Source: Microbotryum violaceum
Taxonomy: Eukaryota
Direction of reading: 5' to 3'
Assembly (NCBI GenBank): GCA_001244265.2
Contig: CDLV01000007.1
Location: forward strand, 1,302,001 to 1,366,000
Length of the DNA stretch: 64,000 bases
Position numbers and translations under genes: made by a program
The notes under the pieces: model-generated
Databases searched by the model: none
Told to the model about the DNA's origin: nothing
What the model saw: only the letters and a program-made list of their open reading frames with translations
In this document: positions 11,078 through 23,567 of the stretch, piece by piece
Layout of the letters: each line of letters opens with the position of its first letter
How positions within the stretch are numbered: position 1 is the first letter of the stretch

Positions 11078-13911
11078 TCAAACGCTGACTCGACCCCGGG
11101 TGAACCCACAATTGGCAAGGTTGGCGCGATCGTCGATAGAGACGCCTCCCATCACGCTGGACGTGGCATACACAGCACCTGCAGGAGGCGCATTCTCCTG
11201 ACGGAGCTCCCCGCCGAGTCTTCCATCATCCATGACCAATGAGAATTCGGCCTCGGGCAAAGGAATCTGGCTCACGCGTCGGGCCGAAGCGTTGGCGGCC
11301 CATAATCCACGATTAAGAGAATAGCAAGGATTAGAATGATCATCTAGTACGTTCGTCTGGGCAGCCACTTCGTTTCTCGACTCGTCCGTGCTTGAACCTA
11401 GTGTGGGCCATACCGGCGCATGACCCGCAGCGTTGTCACCGTAGAAATGTGTAGATGACCGGGGATCCGGCTGGTGTTGAGCCTTGGCATTCCCAGGAGG
11501 GGCCCAGGTAGAGGGGTAACGACGGAAGTTGGGCACCGGATCTGATCCAGCCTCGAACGAATCAGTCGGGCCTCGAGACACCTCGGGGTTCGGAATGTGG
11601 GGGAGGCTTGATGTGCTTGGGTACATGGGAAGCGCAGCATTGAAGTTCGCATACTCGGACCCGTCGACATCACCGTGGTACCTTAGGTTTTGAGGGGGCT
11701 GCGCCCACTGTAGCTGGGGCTCGTGACAATCTTGACGGTCTTGAATGGCTCCGCTCATCGTGTCACAGGAGCTTGCAAAGCTTGACGAGCTCGATGTTCC
11801 TCGATTTGTCGATGGGTAGGATACGGCAGTGCGAGCTTCGTAGCTGATCGAAGCTTGAGCTTGTTGCGGGTAAGCGCCCAAGCTCTCCATATAGAACGCT
11901 TGCAGGCTCGCGAGCTGGGGATGGACGGGCTTGATGGCGCACGACGTCGCGACTGCCGCCGATGATTGAAGTTGTTGCGACAGGGAGTCGTCGCGCGAAG
12001 TTCCGACTGAAGGGGGATCGTACGGCGAGAGGCATTGGTCAGGGAACTTGGGTAAGCCCTGCGAACGTCTTGAAGAACCATCGAAAGCGTAGGCAGACTC
12101 TCGCGAACGAACTTGATCCCGCGCTTCCGTTGACGTCCCTTTCGGGTGTTGCGTCGTATGAGCACCGGAGCCGATTCCGGAATCACCCCGCCCGAGACTC
12201 CCACCGCCATGATCTTGAGGCTCGCCATGTGTCGCAGATCGTGAAGCCCATCCCAGCAACCTCTCCGCGTTTTGAATGGTATTCGTCGTCTCTTCGAAGT
12301 TCTGGTGCTCGCTGTACGGTCCACTACGAAGCTTTCGACGCGTTGTGGCGCCGCGGTAGCGTGGCAATCGACCCCCTGGGACATGCTCACGCCGCACGTG
12401 CTTTGTGAGGGTGATTTTTCGGCAAAATCTGTACAAAGGAAGCGTGGATGACTACTCAGCGAGAGGCCAGACCCTTAGTCGTGAGGAAAACTGACTTTTT
12501 TCCACACTCGGGCACTTCGCACTGGAATGGTTTGGCTCCTGTGCTGAAGCGACGCCCGAGATCCGGCCCGTATTAGCCCGTTATTCACGTCTGCCAAACG
12601 CATCTACTCACTGGGTCCTGCGATGCCGAGCTAATGAGCTCGAGTCACTAAAGGCTTTTCCGCAAGCGAGGTGTGTGCACACGTGGGGCCGCTCGCCGGT
12701 ACTGTGGTCGATCGCCGAACGGTTAGGGCTAAACCTTACGCACATTCAAAGTGACGCCATCCACTGACTGTACTCGAAAATGAACCGTTAAAGCGCTACG
12801 TTGAATAAAATCCTTTTCGCAACCTGGGAAAGAGCACACAAACGGGCTGCGAAGATCAAAAGTTCGGGAAGAGGTTAGTTTTCTGATCACGCGCGCCGAG
12901 CATAAAAGCCCGAAGAGCGATCTCTCTAGCTGAAACCTGCCGGATGTTGGAATGGATATGCGAGTGTCTCAAAAGATCGCTCTTTCTCGCAAACGCTTTT
13001 CCGCAATCGTCGCATTCAAAAAGTTTGTCTGGCACATCTCCTTTGATCGACGAGGTCGTAGAGCGGTCGTGTTTTGCAGCGATCCAATCCGCGTGCGAGG
13101 GGTGCTGGGGAAGGTCTGGCGGGTTCGGGACTTGAAATTGCTGGAAGGAGCGCAGCTGCATCCCACGCCGCTGCTCTGGCGCCTGGGGCTCTGCTTCGCC
13201 GGGAAAGGCATCTTGCTCACTTGTGGTCGTAGGACCGGGAGGTTTTGAGATGTCATATGCAGCGAGGCGAGGTGAGGGTACCGATCCATCATCGAGCAAC
13301 GTGAGCCGAGAGGACGATGCCGAAGGCGTCGGGCTTGACGCGGCGCCGTTTGCCGAGCTCGATCTCCGCTCCGCTCCGCTGTCGACGCACATCATGTTTT
13401 CCGGCCCGGGATGCGCCTCCGTATTCGCTTCCATAGCTTGGAGGCTAGGAGTGAAGTGATTCAATGTACTCGTGCCTGCCGTCTCGCGAGCTTGTTCGAA
13501 GACGACGTCGGCGCCAGCGCAATCGACCACCTTCATAGACGCGAAAGGTGGCGACGAGGGCTGATCTCGAGTCGCATCACCGTGAACGCTAGATCGCGGT
13601 GGAGGAGCCATCTGGTCCACTCGCTCGAAGAAGTTGACCCCATTCGATGGAAGGCCGGCTACGCAACGTTTAGACACCGGCCGAGCGACATCAGCTTTTG
13701 CGGCGGCGGCGTCGGCGGCGTCGACGGGAGCGTTGCCGTCCGAAACAGCGCCTTCGTCCCTCGACATGCAGGCGAGTCGGGCACCTCCAACGAGTCGCAA
13801 CGACGGAGATCTCGAGGCTATCGATACTGGAAGAGACGGAACTGATTCTCGAACAGGCCAAGAGTAGCTTCGGCCCTTCGCAGTGGTTCCGCTAGGGTCA
13901 CGATTCAGCAT
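11078..13911 (-). CDS. C2H2 zinc-finger transcription factor with four tandem fingers spread over small exons; start uncertain
   Basis: [104 protein letters not shown]. Confidence 0.85.
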
Positions 13912-14685
13912 AGCACCGAAACGTAAGCGCCTTCAGAAACGCGCTCGGGCATGCGCGCGCCTAGGAAAAGCGCGGCGCCAAAACACGAGTGCCTCCTGTT
14001 CGACTAGCAACGATGGGAGTCACCGCCCGATAGGAGATCTCCCGCCTCTTTCCCCCGGTGCATTTCCGGGCACTCGTGTAAAGGAAACCGGGTCCTTACG
14101 CCGGCGCGTTTCCACACCAACGCCTCGATCACCAAGAGTCGGCCCGGTAGCCTCGGCCAAGTAACGTGGCAATTAGTCAGATTGCCGGGGTCAGCATGCT
14201 GCCCGAACCCTCCCACGATCCTTCACATCCGCTGCAGCCAAGGGATAGACTTGGGAGTAGTCAGAGAACCACACAATCATCTGTCTCGTTTCTGATTCGT
14301 ATCAAAGAGTCAAGATACGGTGCCCGATGTGGCCGTTTTGTCGCGCGCTGCGAGGAAAGACCGTTGTCTCCGATCGCATACCTCTCCAGCGTGGGAAAGG
14401 AGCCAGTCGCATAGCTGCGGCACAGCGTCGATCGCCGGCTACGCTGCCGAGGTGAGACAAAAGCCAAAGACATCCGGTTACAGAGTCGTTCGAGGTTCAG
14501 GTGACAGAGATTGTGGCTGCCACAGGAATGTCTCACCACCCAAGCCCTTGTGGTTGAACTATCGACCCGCAAGAATCAAGACACCCCGTTCCCTTGATCA
14601 CTACTGCTCGCGTGCGTCGGTTGGCAGGTTTGAGATGCCGCGGCAGCACCCGCGCGAGTTGCTGTCATCAATTTCCGGATCGCGG

Positions 14686-16210
14686 TATTATTCTTTTTAT
14701 TCTTCGGCCTTTCTGATTGTCCTTCACCGTTTTGTAATGCTTCTAGTGCTTAACGAGTTGCAAAAAAAATAAAAATAAAAAAGGGGCAAGGGGCGCTTAT
14801 TCCAGTTTTTTTTTTGCCAACTAAGCGCGAGGGCGACAAACTGGAATAAAAAAAGCGGGGCTGGGCGATGGAATAAAAAAGTGCCTCGATAAGATTATGA
14901 TTGTAAGTTAGCACTTAGGATGCAATACCTCCATGAAAACTCATTGGAAGTGAGTTATGTTACCACTACATGATATGCGCCAAAATATCATTTCTTTTAG
15001 AAATTAGTATTTTTAATCCTAATTATTAGTCGTTGAACCCTTCTTTCCCTAGAAGGGAATCATTAGGCTACAGATTGACTCTGTAACAGAGTAGTTCCTG
15101 CAATCCACCCTGTTATTCGACATACCTCGCGATATGAAGCAGCTCTATATGTACAGGCTTTGTAGTAGGAAGTTAAAGGGGGGGAGTATTAAGGCGTCTT
15201 TTTATTTAAAAATCGTGGGGATCTAGAAATATGACTTAACCATTTCTCATATTTTATTAGTTTCAATCCCATCAGGGGATGGAGCCCAGACATAGAGAAA
15301 AACTGAATGACCGAGATGATATCTTTTGTTGAACTAATAACGAATTGAAAGTACCAGCCCAGCTTTGCTGGGCAGGTACCTTGAAAGCATATAAGATCGA
15401 AGCTGTTCTTTGGAATTTACTCTCTGTTCTAGAGATTAAATTATATTCGATATAATGAAGACTTTAGATTATATCTCTATCGGCATGCTGATAGAGTGTA
15501 GAGTGAGCAACAGGGTGCAGAACACGCCCTTGATAGGCAACCACACCCCGCAAGCCGCGACCTGGCGCAAGCACAACACCCTCTCCCTCCGTCGTTACCG
15601 ATAAGCGGATCGTCTTGGCCGACTGGTGTGTGTTTTGTGTATACGCGGGGGGAAGCAAAATCGGTTGAGTTCTTCATTTGGGGGGAAGCAGGGACCTATG
15701 GGGGAATAAAGGCGATCACGGACAAGATTCCGAGGTTCACTTCTTTTTCTCTTGCGTTTCGTTTGCCCTCTCTAAAGAGCAATCAATGTGCTCCTGCAAT
15801 ACCAAGGGGAGTCTTGAATGGCTTAATAAAAATAAAAGAAAGCAGGACTCCCTCTGGGCTAAATGCAAAAAAAATGACAAAAAGGAAACTAATCTCAAAA
15901 AAACGGGTAAATAGTTAATTTAGCTTTTATTTCGAACCCTGCGAGAAACCAAGCAGGATGATTACGATCGCTAACACCAGAGAAGTCTCTATAGTTTTAG
16001 TTTTTAGGCTAGGCTAGGTGGTTTATGGTCCAGAAAATGCAGAAAGGGTCGTACATGACTTCTGGTCGCGACGCCAATAGCACAGGCAGGTGCGGCAGAC
16101 GTAATACTGTACTGGTACACTCACTGTAGGCGGCCCAGAGGGCCGCAACACAGTCAAAAACAGCGATTTTAAGTACATGGTCACGGATCGATACCTTTTT
16201 TTTACTCGTT
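14686..16210. other. AT-rich island with homopolymer runs and hairpins; possible degenerate mobile-element remnant
   Basis: Visible GC drop relative to flanks, A/T tracts, repeated TGGAATAA motif, no convincing conserved ORF. Confidence 0.5.
14797..14880. repeat. Inverted/direct repeat cluster of the AAACTGGAATAA motif
   Basis: ttattccagttt (14797-14808) is the reverse complement of aaactggaataa (14838-14849); a third copy tggaataaaaaa at 14869-14880. Confidence 0.75.
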
Positions 16211-16284
16211 AGAGTAAAGACCGTCGAACCAGCGGAAAGTTCAAAAAGGAGATCAAACCGACAAGCAGCCCGGATATTATGATC

Positions 16285-18473
16285 TCAACGGAACGCGAAA
16301 GCTTGAGTCGTGCCCCTCGCTTTGGGGACGTATCGTAGTGAAAGCTCTTGGTAGGGCTCGCTGTGACGGAAAAAGTAGAATCTACAGATCGGCCAAAGGG
16401 CAGCTCAATCAGTGTCAGGTCCTCCAAGCCCGAAGTCGATTTCCACGCGCGCACTAACCCTTTGATCTCGCAATTCATCCAGCTCTGGTAGCCCCAATTC
16501 GTCGACGCTTTCTGGCTCCCAGACATTTGGTTGTTTATGCTCGAACTTCTCTCGTGTGGACCATGGGGCCTATTCGAGCCCGTGTTGAAACTGCGCGATC
16601 TCTGACGAGTGCTGTGCCCTTCTCTGGCTTCGGATCCCAGAACAGCCGCGTTGATCGTGTTTCGAATACCTCGACCACCCCAAGCAGCGCCGCCAGCTGG
16701 CGGAGACGACGACATGAAAGAGGAGTTCATGCTATTGTGGCGAGCGGTCGGAAGGGACCCGAAGGACACGTGGCTTCCGAGCGGAGGCGACGAGGGTGGT
16801 GGGAAATCGTCAGCAGTCGTGCCGATCGGCGTCGGGATGCTTATCGGCAAGGGGACATTCGACAGGAGAAGAGTAATAGAATCAGAAGGGCCATTGAACC
16901 TCGAGATGTTACCCGTGGCCCCCAAGTTTGAGCTACCGTGGGAGGCCGAGATGGCACCTGCTTCGGACGTCGATTCGACTTCTTTAGGCATCGCAACGTC
17001 CGAGCTTAACGACGACGACCGGCCGGGGTCAGTCGACGTTCGGGAAGGTTGCGACGAAGACAATGAACCTCGAACAGCGGACGCGTAAGAGAATCCACTG
17101 TTGCTCGCACGTCGTGGCTGAGCTGGTCGGGACAGCGGCGCTCGAGCTTCTTGAGGGCGCGGCGGCCTCAAGCCATCGGCGGACTCATCCTCAAAGACCA
17201 TTTCATGATCGGTCGAGTTCACAAGCATCGGAGATCGAACGGAGCCGAGAGCTGCCGGGGATATCTCGGACGACATTGATCGAGTGCGAGCTGCGCCTCG
17301 GAGGGGCGGTGATGAGGTGCGTACCGAATCCGGGCAGACGTGGGCTCCATCGGCGGGCATGTCAAAGCCGAGGCACAGGTAGTAGAAGCTGTAGGCGTCG
17401 TCAACGCATCAGCGTGTTGAATTGAAACCTGAGACGTTCAAATTGACCTTCACTTTGCCTGGTATGAATCGAGAAACTCACCCAGCGAAGCTTGCGCCGT
17501 GAATATTCTGCGCATGAGACGAGGGAACGACGAACTGCTCCTTCCAGCGCATGAATAAAAAAGGCCGATTCGAGTGCTGCACAACCAAAGCGTGAGTATA
17601 TTGATGAGTCCTCTGCGAAACGCATTGGTTCGTACCTTGAAAGTGAGAGTTGGCTTGATGAGCGTGGACCGCAGGGTTTTGCTGAAAGCTGGAAATCGAG
17701 ACCAGTGCTGCAAAGGAATGATTTTTATTTTATTTTATTTTTTCGTTTTTTGGTCATTAGGTTGGCGACAATAGGATAAGTAGGATGTCCCGCGCCTCAC
17801 CTTCATATCGTCGGCTCTATGGTCGCGCAAGTGGGGCACCGTCATCAGTGTCTGCAGCAATACAGCACTCACGGGGACGGGCACCTTCCCGGCCCTGTCT
17901 CACCACTCACTCTGTAGCTCCCCATCTGCTGGTCAAAAATCCAGTACCGTCACCGATGATTTCTCCCCTGCAGCGTAGTGTCAAGGTCGACGATCAGCTT
18001 CTCCGACATCAGATTGGGCGTGGGGGGGAGGGGGGGGGGGAAAAGGTGAACCCACTCGAAGAAGGTGACGAGGCTTTCCAGCTCAGGCGTGAGGTGACGG
18101 ATTTGCAACATCCCCGACAGCTTCCCCTCGTTCAAATCGACACTGCCCAGAACAGAAACGAAAGAACGTACAGTGGTGTCAGTGTCGCCGCCGAATTGGC
18201 GCGACCCTCCGTCACTGCAGAACTGCAGAGTTGACTCGGAAGCGAGGCGGCGTGATGGCCGGCGCCTCGGACAAGGCTTGTTGATCAGCTCGGCGCACAG
18301 ACTCACGTCGAGATGTCGACCTTGACCTTGTAGACGTTACGACCGGACTTCTGCACTCCTTCCCAGCATGCTCCAGGGTGCAATGGTCCACGATGAACCG
18401 AAGTCGGCGGCGCATCAAAGACGGGCGACGCAAGCAACGGCTCATAGTGCAAGTCGTCGCCGCCGATCGTCAT
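16285..18473 (-). CDS. VID24: GID/CTLH E3 ligase substrate receptor Gid4/Vid24 (Pro/N-degron recognin); multi-exon, start uncertain
   Basis: Spliced reconstruction: LHPGACWEGVQKSGRNVYKVKVDIST|VDLNEGKLSGMLQIRHLTPELESLVTFFE|GEIIGDGTGFLTSRWGATE|ADDMK|HWSRFPAF...FLFMRWKEQFVVP...IHGASFAG|FYYLCL...EIKG|FYFFRHSEPYQELSLRYVP...AFAFR*. Confidence 0.88.
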
Positions 18474-19207
18474 GTTCGAGGGCGAGGCTGGGCCGGAGCC
18501 TGAGAGCGCGTGACCACGGGCAGCAGCACTGCGCCGCTGGCTTTCGGTTGATGAGGTCGAGAATGACGACGAATACCTCGGGGTCGGTCACCGATCCGAT
18601 CCGATCCGATCGGCGTATTCGACTCGAAGTGTGCCGAGTGGACGAGTCGCGGTAATGGGGGTGCTCAGTGCACGGGTAGGCGGGAGAGTGGGAGCGAGGT
18701 GCAAGAATGCGGGGTTTCGGCGGATCAACACTGGGTGCGCTCAGCTGCTCGTGAAGGAGGGTCACAGCTGCGACTAGCAAAGGTGAAGACTGGCGAGGGG
18801 TAGTGTTAGGCTTGTGTCACTAAGGCGAAGGTGCCTCGGTGTCGAGGGATGAGACAGATTGAGGGTGGGACTCAGAGCCCCTCGGCAGGCTGGGCTCATC
18901 GGGGCTGCAGCTCAGCACGAGAGGGCGCGCGCGCACGAACATGTGGGGGAGCGAGGTCATCTTTCTGACAGCCCTCAGGCGCTCAGGCTGGCAGGAGCGC
19001 AAGTGGGGGCGGCCCGGACAGCGGTTATAAAGCAGCAACAGGCATGCAATGATTATCGTGTTCCAGTCCGTGACGTCGGTTGTGACATTTTTCGACTAGG
19101 GAGGGTATCTTCAACTGCAGGTTGGCGAGCTACATTGTAGAGTAACGCGTCGCTAAAGTCAAGGCCGAAGTGTTTCCTGACTTGATGTCGAAACGGCGTC
19201 GACACTT

Positions 19208-19300
19208 AACACGTTTTATTTTGATCAAACACGTTTTATTTTGATCAAAGATCAAGCGCCCAGCTTTTGTTTTTAGTCCTCGCTTTTTTATTCCAGTTTT
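19208..19300. repeat. 20-bp tandem duplication plus an inverted copy of the 14.8-kb repeat
   Basis: aacacgttttattttgatca twice (19208-19247); cgcttttttattccagttt (19281-19299) is the reverse complement of aaactggaataaaaaa(a)gcg at 14838-14857. Confidence 0.75.
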
Positions 19301-19888
19301 TTAGCTTGGTGTGACGGATCTGCGTCGGCGACACGAAAGCTGTGCACTTCGCCGTCGGCCAACGCCTTGAACGGTCATTGACTTCTTGTTGAAGCTAAAG
19401 CATAGGAATGACTGGAGGACGTCCTTACTTTGAATAGGTTGAAGGAAGAGTGAATCGATCGCTCGATGGAACGTGCAGTGGCTCGCTGTGAAAAGATGGC
19501 ACGGCCGCTTGAAGCTCGCCGACAATCTGGGCGCTACTGCGGTTTGTTGGCGCAGCGAGCGCCGGTCTGCGGCCTCGAAGAATTTCTCAAGACTGTGACC
19601 GCGGCTCCGAGGCCGCCCTTACATTTGCCTCAGTAGATATATCTGGCTGAAATCTTGACAATGCTACTACTCTGTCATCCCACGATACACCTCGTGAGAT
19701 GATCAGCCCTTGCGCCGCTATTGGGGTCAACCCGACGCTCGGACCGCCATATCTCCGAACGCGTGCGCGTGATATAGAAGCCTCCCAGCGGCGCGTCACA
19801 CAACCTCTTGCGCAACCGCAGCAGCAACTCATTCGACACCAGTCAGTAACTGGGCGAGCGAACGCCACAGCTTACGCTCACTGCTGCC

Positions 19889-21187
19889 ATGTCCTCCGAG
19901 ATGGTGTCGCGTCGTAACAGTACGATGTCGAGCACCACGAGTGCCCAAGGGATCGCACCGAGCTCGGCCTCAGCATCAACCTCTACTTCGCCGATCCTGG
20001 CAGCAAATCCACAACGCGTCGTACTACCCCTTTCAAGCTCATTGCTCAACCTCGTACCGGATCATCCGATACTACACATGCTTTCCCGGCCTATTTTACC
20101 TAGGATCGCATATCTCGAATCGTTGGTACTCAAGTCGCCGCCGTCGCGTGTGCTTCAACGGATCGTAGGATTGTCACCCTGGGCGATCGTCTTGCTCGCC
20201 AACGTCGGACTGGTCGCAGGCTTAGCGAGGTGGAGAGACCAATGGAGGGTCATGTTGACCGTATTGGGTGTCGCAGAAGGGGTGACCAAGACGTTCAAAG
20301 TCCTCGATCGACTCGACCGCGAGGGGGACAAGGACGATGAGCTATCCAACATGGATCATGAGTACAACCCAGACATCTCGGGCTTGGACTCGGTCGCAAG
20401 ACAAGAACTCAGACAAGAACGCATCGACTCGTATCGCCGCGAACTCAAGCACGTCCTGTCGTTCTGGTTGTTGTTCGCCCTACTCGACGCGACCGAATCC
20501 GTTCGAGCATCGGCATCGACCGTACCCCTATCGACGCGATTAGCGCCTCTCACACGGTCCCTCAAGTCGCTCATGCGTCGACTGGCTCTGCGATACCCCA
20601 ATTCGCTCTCCCGCATTCCCGAAACGTTTATTCCCCCCAGTCTGTCATCGAACCGAACGGTCGCTCAGAAACGTCGACCGTTCCCTCAACCGCGGCGGCA
20701 CGTCTCCAAAACGACCGCCCTTACGACCCCATCTCTCCCCGTCGTGCTCTTCAATTCGGAGCCGCGCTACCGGATTCTCAAGCTCCTTGTCCTCTGGCAA
20801 GGTCTGAGAAGGGATGGTTTTGGCGCCTCGGCCTTATGGGACTGGTTCGTCGGCCCTATCTTCGGAGCGTATCATCGACGAAGATCAGCCCAGGCGCTCG
20901 AGAAAGATCCGAATGGCCTCCTCAAGATCCCTCGTCGGAGAGTGATCAATCTCGTCGTTTCGGAGGAAGAGGAGGAAGCTTACCTCAGGGAAACGACGGG
21001 GGGATCTTTGAGGTCGACGACGACGATCCTTGATCAGGCGTTTGAGCCGGCTCGGTTTTCAACACGAAATGAGGGGACACGATCGACAACGAGTTCGTCC
21101 GCTTCGTCTTCGACGGCAACGTCGCCTTCGTTCTATCGAGGCTCGGGGATCGGAGAAGTAGGCGGTGGCAACCATTTCGACGATTAA
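19889..21187 (+). CDS. TB2/DP1/HVA22 (REEP/Yop1-like) domain membrane protein, divergent; possible premature stop
   Basis: Hydrophobic WAIVLLANVGLVAGL, LGVAEGVTKTFKVL, HVLSFWLLFALLDATE, YRILKLLVLWQ...GASALWDWFVGP resemble HVA22 segments. Confidence 0.55.
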   Translation: MSSEMVSRRNSTMSSTTSAQGIAPSSASASTSTSPILAANPQRVVLPLSSSLLNLVPDHPILHMLSRPILPRIAYLESLVLKSPPSRVLQRIVGLSPWAIVLLANVGLVAGLARWRDQWRVMLTVLGVAEGVTKTFKVLDRLDREGDKDDELSNMDHEYNPDISGLDSVARQELRQERIDSYRRELKHVLSFWLLFALLDATESVRASASTVPLSTRLAPLTRSLKSLMRRLALRYPNSLSRIPETFIPPSLSSNRTVAQKRRPFPQPRRHVSKTTALTTPSLPVVLFNSEPRYRILKLLVLWQGLRRDGFGASALWDWFVGPIFGAYHRRRSAQALEKDPNGLLKIPRRRVINLVVSEEEEEAYLRETTGGSLRSTTTILDQAFEPARFSTRNEGTRSTTSSSASSSTATSPSFYRGSGIGEVGGGNHFDD

Positions 21188-21717
21188 GAAACTGGGGAAG
21201 GGGACGAATCGTACGATTCGATCACATCATCCGCCTCCTCGACGGAAGGATCAACGGCCTTCCCAACACCCAACGTCCCTTTCCGATTGAGATCTTCTTC
21301 CCACCCGATCCAGGCGAGAGCTCATTCGTTCCCTGGAACAACGTCTTCGAGTTACCTTGCGAACAATAATCATGGATCGCCGAGTCCTTCCACACGTGGG
21401 TTTGGAGGGTACGAAGTGGGGAATGGGAGCGCGCTGGGGGCAAAGTGGTCTGATTGAGAGGAGAAGCAGAGTATTGGGCGTGAGACCGGTCTAATACATG
21501 TGAAGCAAGCAGCTCCTCTTGATAACATTGTTCGTAGTACCCACGAGGTCCTTTGATGAACGAACGCAGAGCCCACGTCAAACGCCTCTTGGAGGAATGC
21601 AAGTCCGGTCGGACTCGCTGCAAAGAGCGAAGGCAAAATTATTTGATCTTACAACATCCAAGTAACCCGACAAGAAAAGAAATGACTCGCTCCAACGTCA
21701 CCCATCTTCCTCAAACC

Positions 21718-23196
21718 TCAAACCTCATCCCCTTCTTCGGACCAGAAACTGACATCTTGCTCAGCCAGACTTTGCAATTCTTGCTGCAATCTCTCCTGAG
21801 CCTCAGCTTGACTGCATGAAGATGATGAAACCGTTCGTTGGATTGGCAGTGGTCGAGCGGGAGCTTTGGTCGTCGATGCGGTAGGCGCTGTTGTGGTCGT
21901 CGTCATCACTCGCGTAACTGGGGCCGTAGCCGATTTTGTGGTCCGTGTGACGGCGGCCCTCGCACTCCGCCTCGGTAAGGCTCCTCTTGCGGCTACTTCG
22001 GAGCGCGTGGAGGATGCATTTGGTACCCGGGGCAGTGGCGAAGTGGCCATTTTTGTCGCGACTTGTTTCCCAACATCATGAAGGGTCCGATCCGACCGCT
22101 TCTGCTCCGGCACCGCAGGTTTGGCTTGATCATTCTTGCGCACCGTCGTCGTCCCCATCGATTGCGACGAGATGATGGTAGTAGCATTTGAAATGAGGGA
22201 CTCCTCGTCGTATTGGGAGAGTATGTGTTCGAACGAGTCGTCGCCGTCAAAGAGGTCGTCAAAGTCGTCGCTCTTGGGTCGGGATTCTTCGATAGGCTCC
22301 ACTCGGATCACACTGGTCGTAAGAGCGTTCGTACTCCGTAATGAAGTGTCAGTTACAGATGCTCTCGGGGAGGAGGTGTGCGGTGTTGAATGATTTGCCC
22401 TGGGTGCGACTGAGATGAGGGTGGGAGGCGATCGACGAGCGGTCCGAGCTTGTTGATCCAAGGGTGCCCCCCATGGTGCTGTTTGGTTAGATTGACTTGG
22501 GATGAGTACGACCATCCAAGGCATCTTACATACCAGTCACTAACCTGTTGCTGCTCGAACAACTGCCTTGCCTTTGCTCTCGGTCGTCATCCCCGTCCTC
22601 GCCGAATTGACATTGACCATCCTCCCCGTGCTATCCCTCAAAGGCAGAAAAGGTGCACTATGATTCTGCTTGGCCCCGACCGACTGTCGACTCGCATTTT
22701 CAGCAGCAGCAGCAGCAGCGGAGGACGATCGCGTACTGAATTTGATGGCGAGTTGGCCGACCATTTTGAGCGTTTTGGAATCGACGGCTTGTCCGATCGG
22801 GACGTCGCAGCCTTCGCCGGCTCGCTTCTTCCTTCGTCGGGCGAAGGAGGCTGCTGTTGTTGCCACTGCTGAGGCCGTCTTGGTTGCTGTCGAAGAGGAA
22901 GAAAATGATGGCGGAGGTGATGCATTCGCCGGTCTCTTCTGCCCTGCCAAGTGGGTCATATGACCCGCCGCCGTCGTGGTCGTGGAAGTGGAAGTCGTGC
23001 GAGGTGGGGTACTCGTCGTCGTCGTCGTCGGCATCTTGTTGGGTAAGATGGTCGGGACACCGGACATGATCGACGTCGTTTCCCAGAACACCTCGATATC
23101 ATCCTCTTCGTCCTCCGAGTCAGTCTCGACCTGTTGTCCCAACCATCTTGTGCGGGGCTTGCTCTCGGGCATCGAAGCGTTGAAAGTGGTGGCCAT
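21718..23196 (-). CDS. Uncharacterised disordered protein, two exons
   Basis: ORFs 22540-23199 and 21718-22524 joined by a GTTAGT...CTAAC...CAG intron; short acidic-aromatic motifs. Confidence 0.65.
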
Positions 23197-23567
23197 CACT
23201 CAACCCCCGCTAGCGAGCGGAGATCGGGTGGTCGTCAAGCTGAGCCGTACGCTCCTTCAAGTACGGTAAAGCAGTGATGTCGAGTAGTTTTATCGTGTCG
23301 AGCACTTTCACGCTGATGTAATGCGTTGCGAGGGCATGGCTTGCCGGTGGGCAAAGCAGGTCGAGTGGGGAGAGGGGAGAGCAAGGTCTGCCGAGCTTCG
23401 AATTTCAAATCCGTGGCGCATCTCAGGTGAGTGCGCTTGGATTGACTTTCTCGATACGTGCACTCAAAAACGCTGAGGCTCAAGCTCGGAGGCGTCTGAG
23501 TCGTACAATGCAATTTGTCGCCATCCGCGGGCATTGAAACTGGCTACAACACGTGGTTAAAATAAGT

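Noticed and set aside
15477-15677. Cys-rich 66-aa ORF as a CXC or transposase fragment
   Set aside because: Cys spacing matches no motif I recognise; short and unsupported by splice context
16209-17360. 383-aa ORF as a LINE ORF1/gag (SYASAVRG motif)
   Set aside because: It splices in frame to Gid4 exons on both sides; no zinc knuckle or reverse transcriptase nearby
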